64,000 nt of DNA from Azolla caroliniana (GCA_043228905.1 JBHGNT010000009.1:6696001-6760000), one strand, 5' to 3'. Positions 51,801-64,000 are shown, counted from the first letter of the stretch. Translations and numbers: made by a program. The notes: a model not told the origin generated them from the letters alone.

Positions 51801-54800
51801 CTCTCAGGACGACCGTCAGATCGGTGTGAGGATCTCCGTAGACCTCCCCCTTTTGCCATCTTCCCGACCTCCACGTTAGCCTCTTCGGCTAGTCACGTTC
51901 ACCTGCCGCCACCGATCTCTCCTATAGGACTCACGCCGGCACTCAAGCTGACCGCCGGATCGGTGTGAGGATCTCCGTAGACCGCCCATCCTTTCCCTTC
52001 GCCTTCGTCCCCTCGCCGCCACCGTTCATCACTCTAGGTCTCAAGCCGGCTCTCAGCCAACTGCCGGAGTCTTTAGAACCGGTGTGAAGGATCCTCCTTG
52101 GGCTCGTTGTATTTCGAACCCTTATCCCGAGTCTCCCTTCTCCGCAAGTTGAGAGGGTGGCTCGCTCCACACCCTCTCCCTTTTGCCGTCTCGGTTGCCC
52201 GCCTTGCCGCCGCCACTATTCTTCTCTCTAGGCCTCACGCCGGACCTTGTTGATGGCTGTCGGAGGGTCTAGAACCAGTGTGTGTAAGGTCGCTGCAACA
52301 CTGCTTGCCGTTTTCCCGACCTCTGTGTCGGCCTCTTCGGCTGGTCACATTCACCTGCCGCCACCGATCTCTCCTATAGGACTCACACCGGCACTCGGGC
52401 TGACCGCCGGATCGGTGTGAGGATCTCCATAGACCACCCATCCTTTTCCTTTGCCTTCGTCCCCTCACTACCACCGTTCATCACTCTAGGTCTCACATCG
52501 TCTCTCGGCCAACCGCCGGAGTCTCAATAACCGGTGCGAGGTGACCCATAGGACCGGTTTTCGCTCTCCGCTTCATCCCTTGTACTTCTCCTGAACTTGT
52601 CGTCAATCTCTTTTGCTGTGCTCCCGCCTCCATCTTCCATCTCTCTCGATCTCATGTCGGGCTCGTTGCCGGCTACCGGAGTCTCCGATCAAGATCTGGG
52701 GACACCAATTTCGTAACAACTCCCGACAACTCATTCGGGCCACCAACCCTTTTAGTGGTGTCGGTGGAAAGCATCCGTTCCATGATTGATCAAGCCCCAC
52801 CTGGGCTTGATTCTCCAATGTCCGAAGTTTTAGCTCCGATGCCGATTCTGCCGGACTCATTCCGTACCCTCGATCATCTTCCTTTTGATTCCCGACCTTC
52901 GCTCGGTCGGTCTTTCTCCCCACGTAAAAGAGGGCGGCTCGTTCTACACCCTCTCCAGTATCAGCGCAGTCATGCCGATTCTGGCCCCGGTCGAACAATC
53001 CACGAACGGATCACGCTCCACCCGAATCGGAGCGCCGCGTAGTTCGGTCCCCGGTCAGGTCGTTTCTTGGTCTCTTCGTCGACCTTCTCGCGGGCCATTT
53101 CCCATCCATCTTTGCTGGCATCGTGCCAGGACTCCTCGATATTGTCATCCATCTCCTCGGTCTCACATGGGTGTAAGGGCCCGAATGCTGAGTTCTCCGG
53201 AATTGGTCTCGAGGGCTCTTGTCCGTTCCTTCCCCGTATCGTCTCGTTGGTGATTCTCGGTCTCTCGCTGCCGCCTTCCTACTCTTGGGACTCACGTGGG
53301 CACTCGGGCCCGACTGCCATCGTCTCGGGAGCAAGTGTGGGAAGACGCATAGAATCGCCAGCCCTATTCACGCCCTTGTCCGTTGCCACCGGCTCGTCGT
53401 GGTTGGTGGTCGTCTTCTTACCGATCGCGCAAGCCCTGCCTGGGCTTGCTTCTCCAATGTCCAGAGTTTCGGGCTGACTTGCCCGAAACCGCCAGTCTCC
53501 AATAGGTATCTCGGCCTTGCCCTTGGCCGTTCTATCTCCGCAAGCCGAGAGGGCGTTTTGTTTCACACCCTCTCCCGTGGTACCGTCGTACTGATCGTCT
53601 GCCATCTTGTGGGGCAAGCTCGTCCCCTCAGTCTCAGCTCACGGCCTCGATCTTTCCTCTTCCTCAAGCATTGCCTCGGGAGTACACCTCCACAATCCTG
53701 GCCCCGACGCCGAGCTTTGCCGACTCTCTTTGCCGTTCGGCCTCTTCCCGTTGTGATGGCACGCCGTCGTGCGCCTTCCTCTTAACCTTTAACCTTCTCG
53801 GCTCGCTCCTCATCTAGCCATTGGTATACCCTTCCGACCTTTGACCAGTCCTCTGTAAGGCCATTCGCTCCGTCCTCGTCTTCGAGCTCAATCCCGATGG
53901 CCTCCCGTTCCGCTCGGTCGATCGACTTAACGAACAACAGGACTTTGTTTGCCCCCAGCAAACCTTGTTCCCGCACCGGGAGCCGAGCAAGTCGTCGCTC
54001 GAACTCTTGGAACGCCATCATTGCGCCCCGATGGGTCTTTGCCGATGCAATCCACTAGTCGAAGCCGCATCGTCCCCGGCTCTTCCAACGTCCTCCATAT
54101 GCCTGTAGGAGTGCCTCTTCGAAGGCCTCCCACGAACTATGAGCTTCTCGGAGCTCCTTCACTTCCGCGTGCATACGGATGACGATGACCTAATAGAAGA
54201 ACTCCAGCCTCAACGCCTCGTCTACGTCTCCACGTTGTAGGCTTCCAAGTAGAACGGGACCTTGTCCCCGTTGAAACGGCCGACTCTTTCGACCACGCAT
54301 TCGACAGCTTGTTGCGTCGTCTCTCTTCTTGTTGTTGCTCGTCCAAACTCCCTCACCGTTTCGACAAAAAGTTGTGCGAAGTCATTTTCTTCCAACTCCA
54401 TTCTCCCATGCCGCCCTTCACGTCGGGTTCACCAAATATGTCACGTTATTACGCGCGTGCGTGTGGAAGGGGCAGGACCACGGGGGTCTCAAACGAGAGA
54501 GAAAAGGGATGCCAAGAAACCTGACATCGGGCCCTACTCGGATGCAACCAAACACAAGAGAGAGAGAGAGAGAGAGAGATAGAGAGAGAAGAGAGAGAAG
54601 AGGGAGAAGAGGGAGAGCAAGCGCGCGACACCGACTCTCATGCACAAGAAACAAGGGGTTGTGCTCCCAACACCACCAAATACGCCAACATGTACAAACA
54701 GATATGAGTATGTATATTACAAGTAAAGTGCTACAACCCGACTTCGAGCCGGACCAAGGTAGGTTACAGCCACAGTCTGCTGCCAAGCCGTCGATCGGGG

Positions 54801-55720
54801 AGCTTGCTGGCTCGTTGCGCCGAGCGGGGTCTTGCACAAGAGACCGAGCAGAAGCAAACCCTTAACAAGAACGAACTCTCAACCCTCACGACGAGGAAGA
54901 AGGGGAAGAAAAGAAACTTCCAAGTTAAACCACCTAACCCTAATATAACGGTATACCCCCTAACACAAAATGGGCAACCCCATACAAGAGACCCCTCCCT
55001 TCCTTTTATAGCCCAAGGAGGGAGAGATGTTACAATGTGGGATAAATCCCATATTACATGGGATCCTCTGTCCCAACTTTATTGTCTATTCGGTGCCACA
55101 AAGGCAACCCCCTAGCTCCAATGCTAATTCTGTACAAGGGTGGGTGCACACGGTGCACCTTGCCGGTCCTTCCAACATTCTCCGATTTCTCACTGTGGAC
55201 GGTCTTCTCCACGACAGCGTAATATTTGGCCAAAATGAATCCAGTTTCTCAATGATCTCTTGAGTTAAGGCATCGCATCGTCATCTACGTCCCAACCCCA
55301 ACCACTTGAATTGGCTTGAGTGTATATTTTGGCGATGTTTCCAAGGCTAAGGCAACTTTAGTATCACTATATTTTTTTTCTCTCGCACCGTTCGCAACCA
55401 TGTGTAGGGCTGCCGTCTTTGCAACAAGTTTGTCTATGCTCTCTACACCTTTCACTAAGTCTAGGGATGACTTCATAGACTCTGCAATCTCTTCTGAAAC
55501 ACATTGGTCCCTAAATTTTATTCTCCCCATGTCTTCATTCAAATGTTGATGGTGTAACACTCTACATATAATATCCTTACGATCCTCTTCACTTAATCTC
55601 TTCGTTATTTCTACCAAGTGACAGACTATGTGAAGAACCCCTCATCTCTTGGTCCTTTCAGATATACATGAGTTACTTGACAACTCACTCTTGTTGGGGA
55701 TCCCCATTTGGTCACTAGAT
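48838..55720 (-). pseudogene. Sola2-like transposase of element 2 (55720-55217, 49964-49869, 49779-48838); C-terminal HGKG..D exon not found
   Basis: FWPNITR|VSPNKKDVCR rejoined across the gypsy insertion; KPYYVRKL..TFCCVYH, VIDFAENYTFKVQNEVQSMHW, DDKKHDTLFVQHCF, WVWSDGVASLFK. The intron before AELYMNF is at the same position as in element 1. Confidence 0.85.
49965..55216 (-). mobile_element. Non-autonomous (pol-less) Trp-primed gypsy derivative with degenerate gag
   Basis: LTRs 49965-50710 and 54439-55216; flanks GCAT/GCGT; PBS 54417-54434. Gag remnant EFERRLARL..KVLLFVKSID..RE.IG..LE.EDG..LT.DW is homologous to 27195-27992. The PPT-proximal ~40 bp are nearly identical to 23463-23505. No RT or integrase motifs seen. 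Confidence 0.88.
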
Positions 55721-57036
55721 TTATCCAAAAAAGTTAAGTGTCTTGCGAGAGTAGATAATGTTATATAGACTACACTAAGAAATCAAAGTCAAATGTTTTT
55801 AAATGCGGCTGCAAAGTGAGAAATAATTCGTTTCAGACATTAGAATTACGTATCAAAGATGACAATTATCATTTCTTTATTCACAAATTTCTAAAAATGA
55901 AAAATTTTAGTACTGAAAATGAAAAAATAGATGGAAGGAACCTCCAATGGTGGAGGGAGCGTTGAATCTGTGTGATATGCCGCCTCGATTCGGTGGAAGG
56001 ATCCTCGCCTCGGTGGAAAAAGCCTAAAATCATCGCGAGATAAATTGCTATTGGTGGAAGAAGTAGAAAATCGTTCTCGAAGAAGTCACTATTGGGTGTT
56101 ATAAGAGGCCTCAGAACAGTCTCTAATCCTCAACTCAAACCCTAAAATAGAAACCCTAACAAAACCAGAAATTCTCAACTCAAAACCAGAAACCTAACAT
56201 GGATGCCTAAGATATGCTCCCTAAACCCTAACAAACCTCTTAGATTGGAGGAAAACCAGAAACCTGACATGGATGTCTGACATGAAGAGCTCAGAGGGAT
56301 AGAGGAAGAGGAGTAAGAGGAGTTGGTTTGAGGGTAAGCGCCAAAAACGACGTGAGGGGAAAATAGCCCCCAAAATGGAAATCTCCTCACGTGTTTCCCC
56401 CACTCCTTGTCTTAAATGACACTTGTACTACACTCACCCCACTCCCCAAAATTGATTTTTTTTTTCTCTAATTTTTTTTCTCAATTATTTAGTACTAGCA
56501 GTATCAAAAGGACTGACATTTTTTGTGGCCAAAAACAGTACTTTTCTGGTACACTGTAGCGTGCTTCCACCCATACTTCAAAACAATCTATCAGTTACAA
56601 ATACAAAGAATTATACAAATCACTCCATTTGGAGGTCTGGAACAGGCTGCTCTCCAAGGTTAGCTGGCAGTTGTGTCATATTCTCTTGTTCTGTTTGCTC
56701 AATTGAATCTTGTGTTTGTTCAAAGTCTGTACATCCTCGAGGTCGACAAGGTCCCCTCCTTCTTCATCTATAGGTTCCATCGGTTCACTGGAGGTCTACT
56801 GAAACATCTCAGTTTCATTGATATGCTTAGCCCCAACCTCTTGGTCTTGGTCGGGACAATCCTAGATACCTTGGATCCTCATTTTAATAAAATTCACTTG
56901 TGAGGGGTCCTTCTCCAAGGCAACACAATTCCTGAATAATTTCAGAGCACATGCAGTCGTTGTTCCTGAATAAACAATCGTACATGCGTAAGTAAGAAAA
57001 CAAAGTCGAGAAAATCAAATTTATTTTAAGATAAAT

Positions 57037-60000
57037 TGTTAGAAATATTGAGAATCAATTAGATAGGTATAAAGAGTTACAATTATAGATATGGATATAT
57101 GAAAACAAAACTTCTATTACATATGAGAGTAGCTCACAATGGTAGTTCACCCATGCTCTCACACATTAGAGCTTCGGTGGGACTTGGACCAACTCACTAC
57201 AAAATTAGTGGGGACTGATGATCAATCCAACCACTATGAAAGAAAGTGGGTTATATTCTATGTTTGGTTTGAGCATAGCATTAAATGTGCAAGTCAGTTG
57301 ATAGTAGTGGGGATATTCCTTTTCTGTCAACTAACTTGTCATTTAATATGACCCAACTCCCTAGATACAGGCTAGTGCTAGATATTACTTATCTTGATTC
57401 AGTCAATGGCACATACTTCAAGACTTAAGTACATCGTAACTTGCCCACAAAATATTCTGGTTGACTTGATTAGCCAATCATATTACCTATTTCGCTCTTT
57501 CCTAAATCCATTGTGTCCTACGCATCTATGGTTTCCTAGATTAACACCTTATTGACCCATATGGTCGAGTTGCACACTAGTCGCTCCTCATTTGGGGCGC
57601 TATCACAAAATGTGCACTCTAAGAGCTCATATGGGGATAGATTTACAACTTGGGGCTGATCATTGATTATATTTAACATGCCCCCTCCATGGTCAACCCA
57701 TTGCATTCACTTGGAATTGGGCCAACTCCTAGTCGTCGAAGGTGTTGTTGTAGTTGTTCTGCTCCAAGCGCCTTTGTGAAGATATCCGCAACATTTTCTA
57801 ATGTCGGACAGTACTCAAGCTCCACAGTCTCATCATTTATTAGCTCCCGCGCATAGTGATATTGAATATGTATGTGTTTAGTACTCACTGAGCCTATGAT
57901 GTCCACCATCAGAGCCATGTTGACAATGTGGTCATAGATTCTCCCTTGCTCCTGTATTCTTCTTGATCTTCGTAGTCCATTAGTTGAAGTTTCAAGAAAC
58001 TCAACTTTAGGAATACGGTCATTGAAGAGTTGTTGAGCCCACTTAGGTATTTTCTTTACATGTGGCACTGGCATAGGCTGAACTAGTGAGCCATTAACAT
58101 CAAATGGTTCAGCTTCCTTTTCTGGACAATGGGTCGGGATTGGGTGAAATACTTCTTTGGTTGATGAGATAACTTGAGAATCGTTGTTCTCAGCTAGCTG
58201 TGATCGTTCCTCATCAAACACCACATCGTGGCTTGTCAATATCTTTCTTGCCTCTGGATCGTAGAGTCGATAGGCCTTTGACTCTTCACTATATCCGAGA
58301 AAGATACACTTCTTGCGTTTAGCATCCAACTTCTTTCTGCTCACATTTGGAACATGTGCGTAACATGTACACCCGAAGGTTGTGAAGTCGGCACTGAACC
58401 TTGCATGAATAAGCTTCTTGGGGTGTTTTCCCTTGAAGTGCCTTCGTGTAGCTCCGATTGAGGATGTAAACTGTTGTATTCACTGCTTCAGCCCAGAATG
58501 GGTCAGGCATCGCTTGTGCCTTCAACATACACCTAGCCATCTCGACAACTATTCAGTTTCGACGTTCGACAACACCATTTTGTTGTGGGTTGTAGGCAGT
58601 TGTAAGTTGGCGCTTAATTCCATGCTCTTTGCAATACTCACAGAATTCTATTGATAAGAATTCTCCACCTTGATCAGAGCGTAACTCCTTCACTAACTTT
58701 CTGGACTCCCGCTCGACAAACTTATGCCATCTTTTGAAGATTTTAAAAGCTTCAAGCTTCTCCCGAAGGATGTAAACCCACATCTTCTACTGAAGTCATC
58801 GACTACTAGCATATAGTAGAGAGATCCACCGATTGCAAGAGTCACAATTTTTCCAGAGAGGTCGATGTGTATTAGTTGTAGAGGAGTTTCTGTCCGATTT
58901 TGATTCTCTTTTGGAATGGTTGATCTTTGATGCTTGCCCATCATACAAGCATCACAAGCATGACTTAAGTCAGATAGGGTTGGCAACCCAACTACCATAT
59001 TCGACTTCTTCATCTCCTTCAACATAGCAACATTGAGATGCCCAAATCTCTCATGCCATTGTTCTGTGTTAGTACTTGTGTTGTGCTCAACTCATAGAGA
59101 TTGTTGTGCCCTACCCCTATTCCTACAACCTTGCTAGTAGAATCTATTATTTCTGCACCCGACTTCTTGAATTGAACATCAAGACCCTTGTCAATCACTG
59201 TAGAAATGGACAATAGTTTCTTATTGAGATCTGGCACACTTGAGAGAGATTCTTTGTCTTGCCGGTCGTTGCTTTGAGGGAGATGGTTCTGGTTCCTTTG
59301 GCTAGAGATCCAACATTGTTCCCAACCACAACATTGATGGGCTCTTGTAGAGGTGTCCAAGAGCTGTACCAATCACGATTACTGGTCATATGTTGGGACG
59401 CTCCACTATAGAGAATCCAAGAGTCGTCAACAACTTGAGTGTCAACTGAAGAACACACTTCTTCAGTTGCGATCCATAACTTAAGCTCATCTACGACGTT
59501 GTTGGCGGACAAGGGCTCTCTCCAAGAAGTCTTACTAGAACCATTCTTCTCGTCTGCCATCTTCTTCTGACAATCCTTGATTGTGTGACCCTTCTTATCA
59601 CAGTAGAAACACGATCCATTGAACTTCTTCTTCTTTGGTATCCTATTCGCATTGTTTGAATTGGATGCCCCTTTACCCTTAGTCCTAGAGACAAATGCCG
59701 AATCTTCCCTTCCTTCTCTTGTCTTCAGCCGAAGCTCCTCTTTAAGCAGCATTGCACTTAGTTCATCAAATTTTAAAGGAATGGATCGAACCTGAGTGTT
59801 CAATGTTGTCACAATGCCATCATACTTGAAAGGAAGTAATCGAATGCACCGATGAGCCATATCCTCTGGAGAGACGACTACTCCAACAGCCGCCAACAAA
59901 TCTTGAAGATCCTTTCTCCTTTTTACAAAGGATTCTATTTTCTCTCCATTAGCGAGCTTCTCTGGAGCAAGCTGATTTTCGAGGTTTTGTATCCTTGTAT

Positions 60001-60382
60001 AGTATCTGGTTTCATACTAGATGGCCAATATGCTCCAAGCTTCATGTGCCTTGGTTGTATGTTGCACTAATGTTAGTATAGAGTCACATGCACCAGTGAC
60101 TATGGTACAAAGTGCATCAACATTCCTTCTCTTCCAGGCACCAAGTAGATCAACATTTGGAGGGATTGATGTGGTAGGATGTGCAAGGTCAAAGGTCGCC
60201 ATGGGCTCAGGGTCTCCTCCTATGGGTCCCATGATTGTCTCCAACAACTCGTAGGAGTCCAAAATGGCAGACATTTTGAATTTCCATAGAGTGTAGTTGG
60301 CTCCATCTAGATTTCCATCAGACAATGGAGTGTGGGTGAATGCATAGTGGAGCAGCTGCAACATTCATGCACAAGGACATTT

Positions 60383-60433
<51 letters not shown>

Positions 60434-61142
60434 TTCACTATGCTACTAGACAACAACTACCCGTATATACCTAATCTAGATCAACCTTTCACCTCTGATA
60501 CCATGTTAGAAATATTCAGAATCGATTAGATAGGTATATAGAGTTACAATTATAGAGATGGATATATGAAAACAAAACTTCTATTACATACAAGAGTAGC
60601 TCACAATGGTAGTTCACCCATGCGCTCACACCTTAGAGCTTTGATGGGATCTAGACCAGTTCATTACAAAATTAGTGGGGACTGATGATCAATCCAACCA
60701 CTATGAAAGAAAGTGGGTTATATTCTATGTTTGGTTAGAGTATAACATTAAATGTCCAAGTCAGTTGATAGTAGTGGAGATATTCCTTTTCTGTCAACTG
60801 ACTTGTCATTAAATATGACCCAAGTCCCTAGATATAGGCTAGTGCTAGATAGTACTTATCTTGAAGTCAATGGCACATACTTCAAGACTTAAGTACATCG
60901 TAACTTGCCCACAAAATATTCTAGTTGACTTGATTAGCCAATTATATTACCTATTTCGCTCTTTCCTAAATCCATTGTGTCCTACGCATCTACGGTTTCC
61001 TAGATTAACACCTTATCGATCCATATGGTCGAGTTGCACACTAGTCGCTCCTCATTCGGGGCGTTATCACAAAATGTGCACTCTAAGAGCACATATGGGG
61101 ATAGATTTACAACTTGGGGCTAATCATTGATTATATTTAATA
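57037..61142 (-). mobile_element. Ty1/copia element C (different family), RT and RNase H largely deleted
   Basis: LTRs 57037-57678 and 60504-61142; Met PBS 60492-60503 abutting the LTR; PPT from 57679; motifs LDGANYTLWKFKM, CFYCDKKGHTIKDC, WILYSGASQHM, LRSDQGGEF, PQQNGVVERRN; deletion junction ~57885 (GSVS|TKHIHIQYHY). TSD is not clean. Confidence 0.9.
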
Positions 61143-61214
61143 GAATTGATCATAGTTATAAGAATACTTGTTCTAAAGAATAAGTTGAGCACCCAATCAT
61201 CAGGTTTGGAGAAC

Positions 61215-64000
61215 TGACAGGAACCTAACGCTCCTTATGTACTAAGCTCGGCCACAACCGAGATTCTTTTCATACACAGAAAACGGGAAACAAATGCACG
61301 ACACAAAGGAGAGGAAGATACACAGGAGGTTTACGTGGAAAACCCAAAGAGGGAAAAACCACGGCAGCCCACAGGCTGCAAACTGTCACTATGTGAGAAT
61401 GTACAACAGTGAGTTCACTGAGGCAACGACCTCGTGCTCACAGATCTTCGCCACAGGCGGCGGTTACAACAGAGGCAACGACCTCTTTCTCTCTCTCTCT
61501 CTGTACACTATTACGTGCTCTCTCTTCTTCTTGCACCAACAAGAAAAATGACAACTACAACTAACAGTTTGCCCTAAGTCATATTTATACTAATATGACT
61601 TTTCGGCTATTTACAAATATAGCCTCGATGGGCTCTCAGAAACATATTTACGAATATGTCTCTTCCTCCGGTTCTCACCGGTTCTGCACCATCAGGCTCT
61701 CCGTAACCGGGTACTCCTCATCCGGTTCACACCGGGCCTGCACCATCCGGCTCTCCGTAGCCGGGTACTACTCATCCGGTTCACACCGGGCCTGTATCAT
61801 CCGGCTCTCCGTAGCCAGGTACTCCTCATCCGGTTCACACCGGGCCTGTATCATCCGGCTCTCCGTAGCCGGGTACTCCTCATCCGGTTCACACCGGGCC
61901 TGTATCATCCGGCTCTCCGTAGCCGGGTACTACTCATCCGGTTCACACCGGGCCTGTATCATCCGGCACTCCGTAGCCGGGTACTCCTCATACCGTTTCG
62001 GCCTTGGCCGAGTTTGTTCGTCGGCACTGTTCTCTTACCTTCCCATCCGGAGGGACCTGTCTCCCAACAAACTCCCCCTTCACTCCGGCATGGGGTGTCT
62101 TACCAGTCCGATTCTCTTCCGGCATGCATCCAGCTTGTCGGGTGTCAGCACTTTGGTCAGCATATCTGACCCGTTCTCGGCCGTGTGGATCTTCGTCAGT
62201 GCGAACTCCTGGTCATCCACTCTTTCTCAGATCCAGTGATACCTCCGCTGGATATGCTTCGTCCGGGAATGGTAGGCCGCATTCTTAGCAAGGTGGATGG
62301 CACTTTGACTATTGCAATAGAGTCGGTATTCCTCTTGCCGTATGCCGAGCTCTCCAATGAAGTCCTTCATCCATAAAATTTCCTTGCCGGCTTCCACAGC
62401 TGCCATGTACTCCGCCTCTGTGGTTGACAATGCAACCGTCTTTTGCAGCCTCGACTGCCACGAAACAGCTCCCCCTGCATATGTCATTACATACCCGGAT
62501 GTAGACCGACTGGTATCCACATCAGCCGACATGTCCGAATCGGTGAAACCGTCCAGTTGAGGTTTTCTGGAGCCGAATCGAAGACACATATTTGAAGTGC
62601 CCTTCAAATACCGGAGTATCCATTTGACCGCGTTCCAGTGCTCCTTGCCGGGATTGCTCATAAACCAGCTCACCACCCCGACTGCGTATCCTATATCCGG
62701 TCGGGTACACACCATTGCATACATCAAGCTCCCAACGGCAGAGCCATATGGGATCTTCATCATTTCCGCCTTCTCTGCTTTCGTCTTCGGGCTTTGCTTG
62801 CCGGATAGCTTGCAGTTTGTCGGAAGTGTTGATCCGACCGGCTTCGCTTCTGACATGTTGAACCGGTGAAACACCTTTGTCACATACTTCTCCTGTGACA
62901 GCCATAATTGCTTCACTGACCGGTCCCGAATGATGTGCATCCCCAGCATCTGTCTTGCCAGACCCAAGTCTTTCATTGAGAAGGTCCAGTTGAGAGCCTT
63001 CTTCAGCATCCGTATTTTGACTTGGTCTCGTCCGACGATCAACATGTCATCCACGTACAGGAGGAGTATCAGGAAGTCCCCTCCTTCGAACTTCTTCACA
63101 AACACGCAGTGATCAGCCTGCATCTTGTGGTACCCTTGATCGGTCATGAAGGAGTCGAACTTCCGATACCATTGCCGGGGAGCCTACTTCAGTCCGTATA
63201 GGCTCTTCTTCAACCGGCATACCAGGTGCTCCTTCCCTTTCTCCACAAATCCTTCCGGTTGCTGCATGTAGATCTCCTCTTCGAGGTCGCCGTGAAGGAA
63301 TGTCGTCTTCACGTCCAGCTGCTCTACCTCGAGGTCCATGCTTGCTGCTATACTCAGCACCGTCCGAATGGAGGTCATCTTTACTACCGGGGTGAATATC
63401 TCGTCGAAGTCCACGCCCTTCTTCTGCTGGAACCCCTTCACCACGATCCTGGCCTTGTATCTCGGGGGGTTGCCGGCATCTCCCGGTTTCAACTTGTACA
63501 CCCACTTGTTTCGGAGTGCCCGCTTTCCTTTCGGCAGCTCCACCAATTCGTACGTATGGTTCTCATGCAGGGAATCCATCTCATCCTGCATGGCACTTAA
63601 CCATTTTCGGCTGTGGGTGTCTTCCTTCGCTTCTTCGAAGCTTTCCAGCTCCTCCTCATTGGTCAGCAGAACATGCTCTGCATCCGGAAATCTCCAGGGC
63701 GCCCTTCTCTCTCTAAGAGGATATCTACGTCTTTGGGCTTCGGTAACCGGCTCCTCCATTTTCTCTTCATCCGAATCCGATTCGGGGTCTTGACCGGTTC
63801 CGGTCTCAGCTTCCTCTACTTCTTCTTCTGCCGGTTCGGTATCCTCACCGTAACCGGCTAGTTCCTCGAGTGCTAACCGGTCGCTTGCCGGTTGGGTCTG
63901 CTCATCGTAGAGTCTATCCTTACCAGTCGACTCGGAGTTCATTATCTTCTTCTCCGACTCCCAGTCAGCGAACGTCTTGTCCTCCATGAAGATGATATCT
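61215..64000 (-). mobile_element. Ty1/copia element D (lineage of A/B): 3' LTR, RNase H and RT; runs off the window
   Basis: LTR 61215-62069 (TG..CA); PPT from 62070; ORFs 62227-63147 and 63184-63987 with YVDDMLI, SRSTSGY, STTEAEYMA. Confidence 0.95.
61661..61990. repeat. 54-bp tandem repeat (~6 copies) inside the copia D LTR
   Basis: Unit tcatccggttcacaccgggcctgtatcatccggctctccgtagccgggtactcc; related ~40-bp units occur in the copia B LTRs. Confidence 0.93.

Larger units (their letters stand above)
40166..56572 (-). mobile_element. Sola2-like TIR DNA transposon 2 (~5.6 kb without the two nested LTR elements), internally deleted
   Basis: TIRs gggtcgaagcatgctacgatgtacca (40166-40191) and the reverse complement of 56547-56572, gggtggaagcacgctacagtgtacca (22/26 match); TSD ATAC at 40162-40165 and 56573-56576; transposase and accessory gene homologous to element 1. 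Confidence 0.85.

Noticed and set aside
50587-53785. Many overlapping ORFs on both strands
   Set aside because: Expected from high GC content. No RT, integrase or env-like motif was recognised, so none is called as a gene.
56600-56940. Possible acidic exon remnant on the minus strand
   Set aside because: It has stops and no recognisable motif, so it cannot be assigned without a search.
57032-61147. TSD for copia C
   Set aside because: The flanks TAAAT and GAATT do not match convincingly, so no TSD is claimed.
61595-62239. 214-aa ORF with 18-aa repeats (similar one at 41989-42438)
   Set aside because: It is a translation of the LTR tandem repeat, antisense to the element.

Overview
Plant nuclear DNA, probably from a seed-free land plant such as a fern or lycophyte; this is inferred from the Tcn1-like chromoviruses and is not provable from the window. 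One intact host gene lies at the left: an 11-exon secreted polyamine oxidase (1207-6922). The rest is a nested transposon landscape. It holds a 5'-truncated LINE, two decayed Tcn1-like chromovirus Ty3/gypsy elements, four Ty1/copia elements, and a tRNA-Trp-primed gypsy lineage with apparent 4-bp TSDs (one RT-deleted copy, one pol-less copy, one solo LTR). The main finding is two diverged Sola2-like DNA transposons (15576-30764, TSD CTCT; 40166-56572, TSD ATAC) with 25-26 bp TIRs starting GGGTNRAAGCAYGC. Each carries a DDD transposase plus a convergent, homologous spliced accessory gene (unrecognised 'NNE..FARAFA.E' domain, helical region, RING-H2). In element 1 that gene still forms an open ~500-aa frame and is followed by an FCP1/NIF-like phosphatase domain. 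Each element is also studded with its own palindromic motif (TAGCTAATTAGCTA versus TAGTACTA), which by analogy suggests a VANDAL/VANC-like protein-plus-motif system. All coordinates and gene models were derived by eye; no database search was run.
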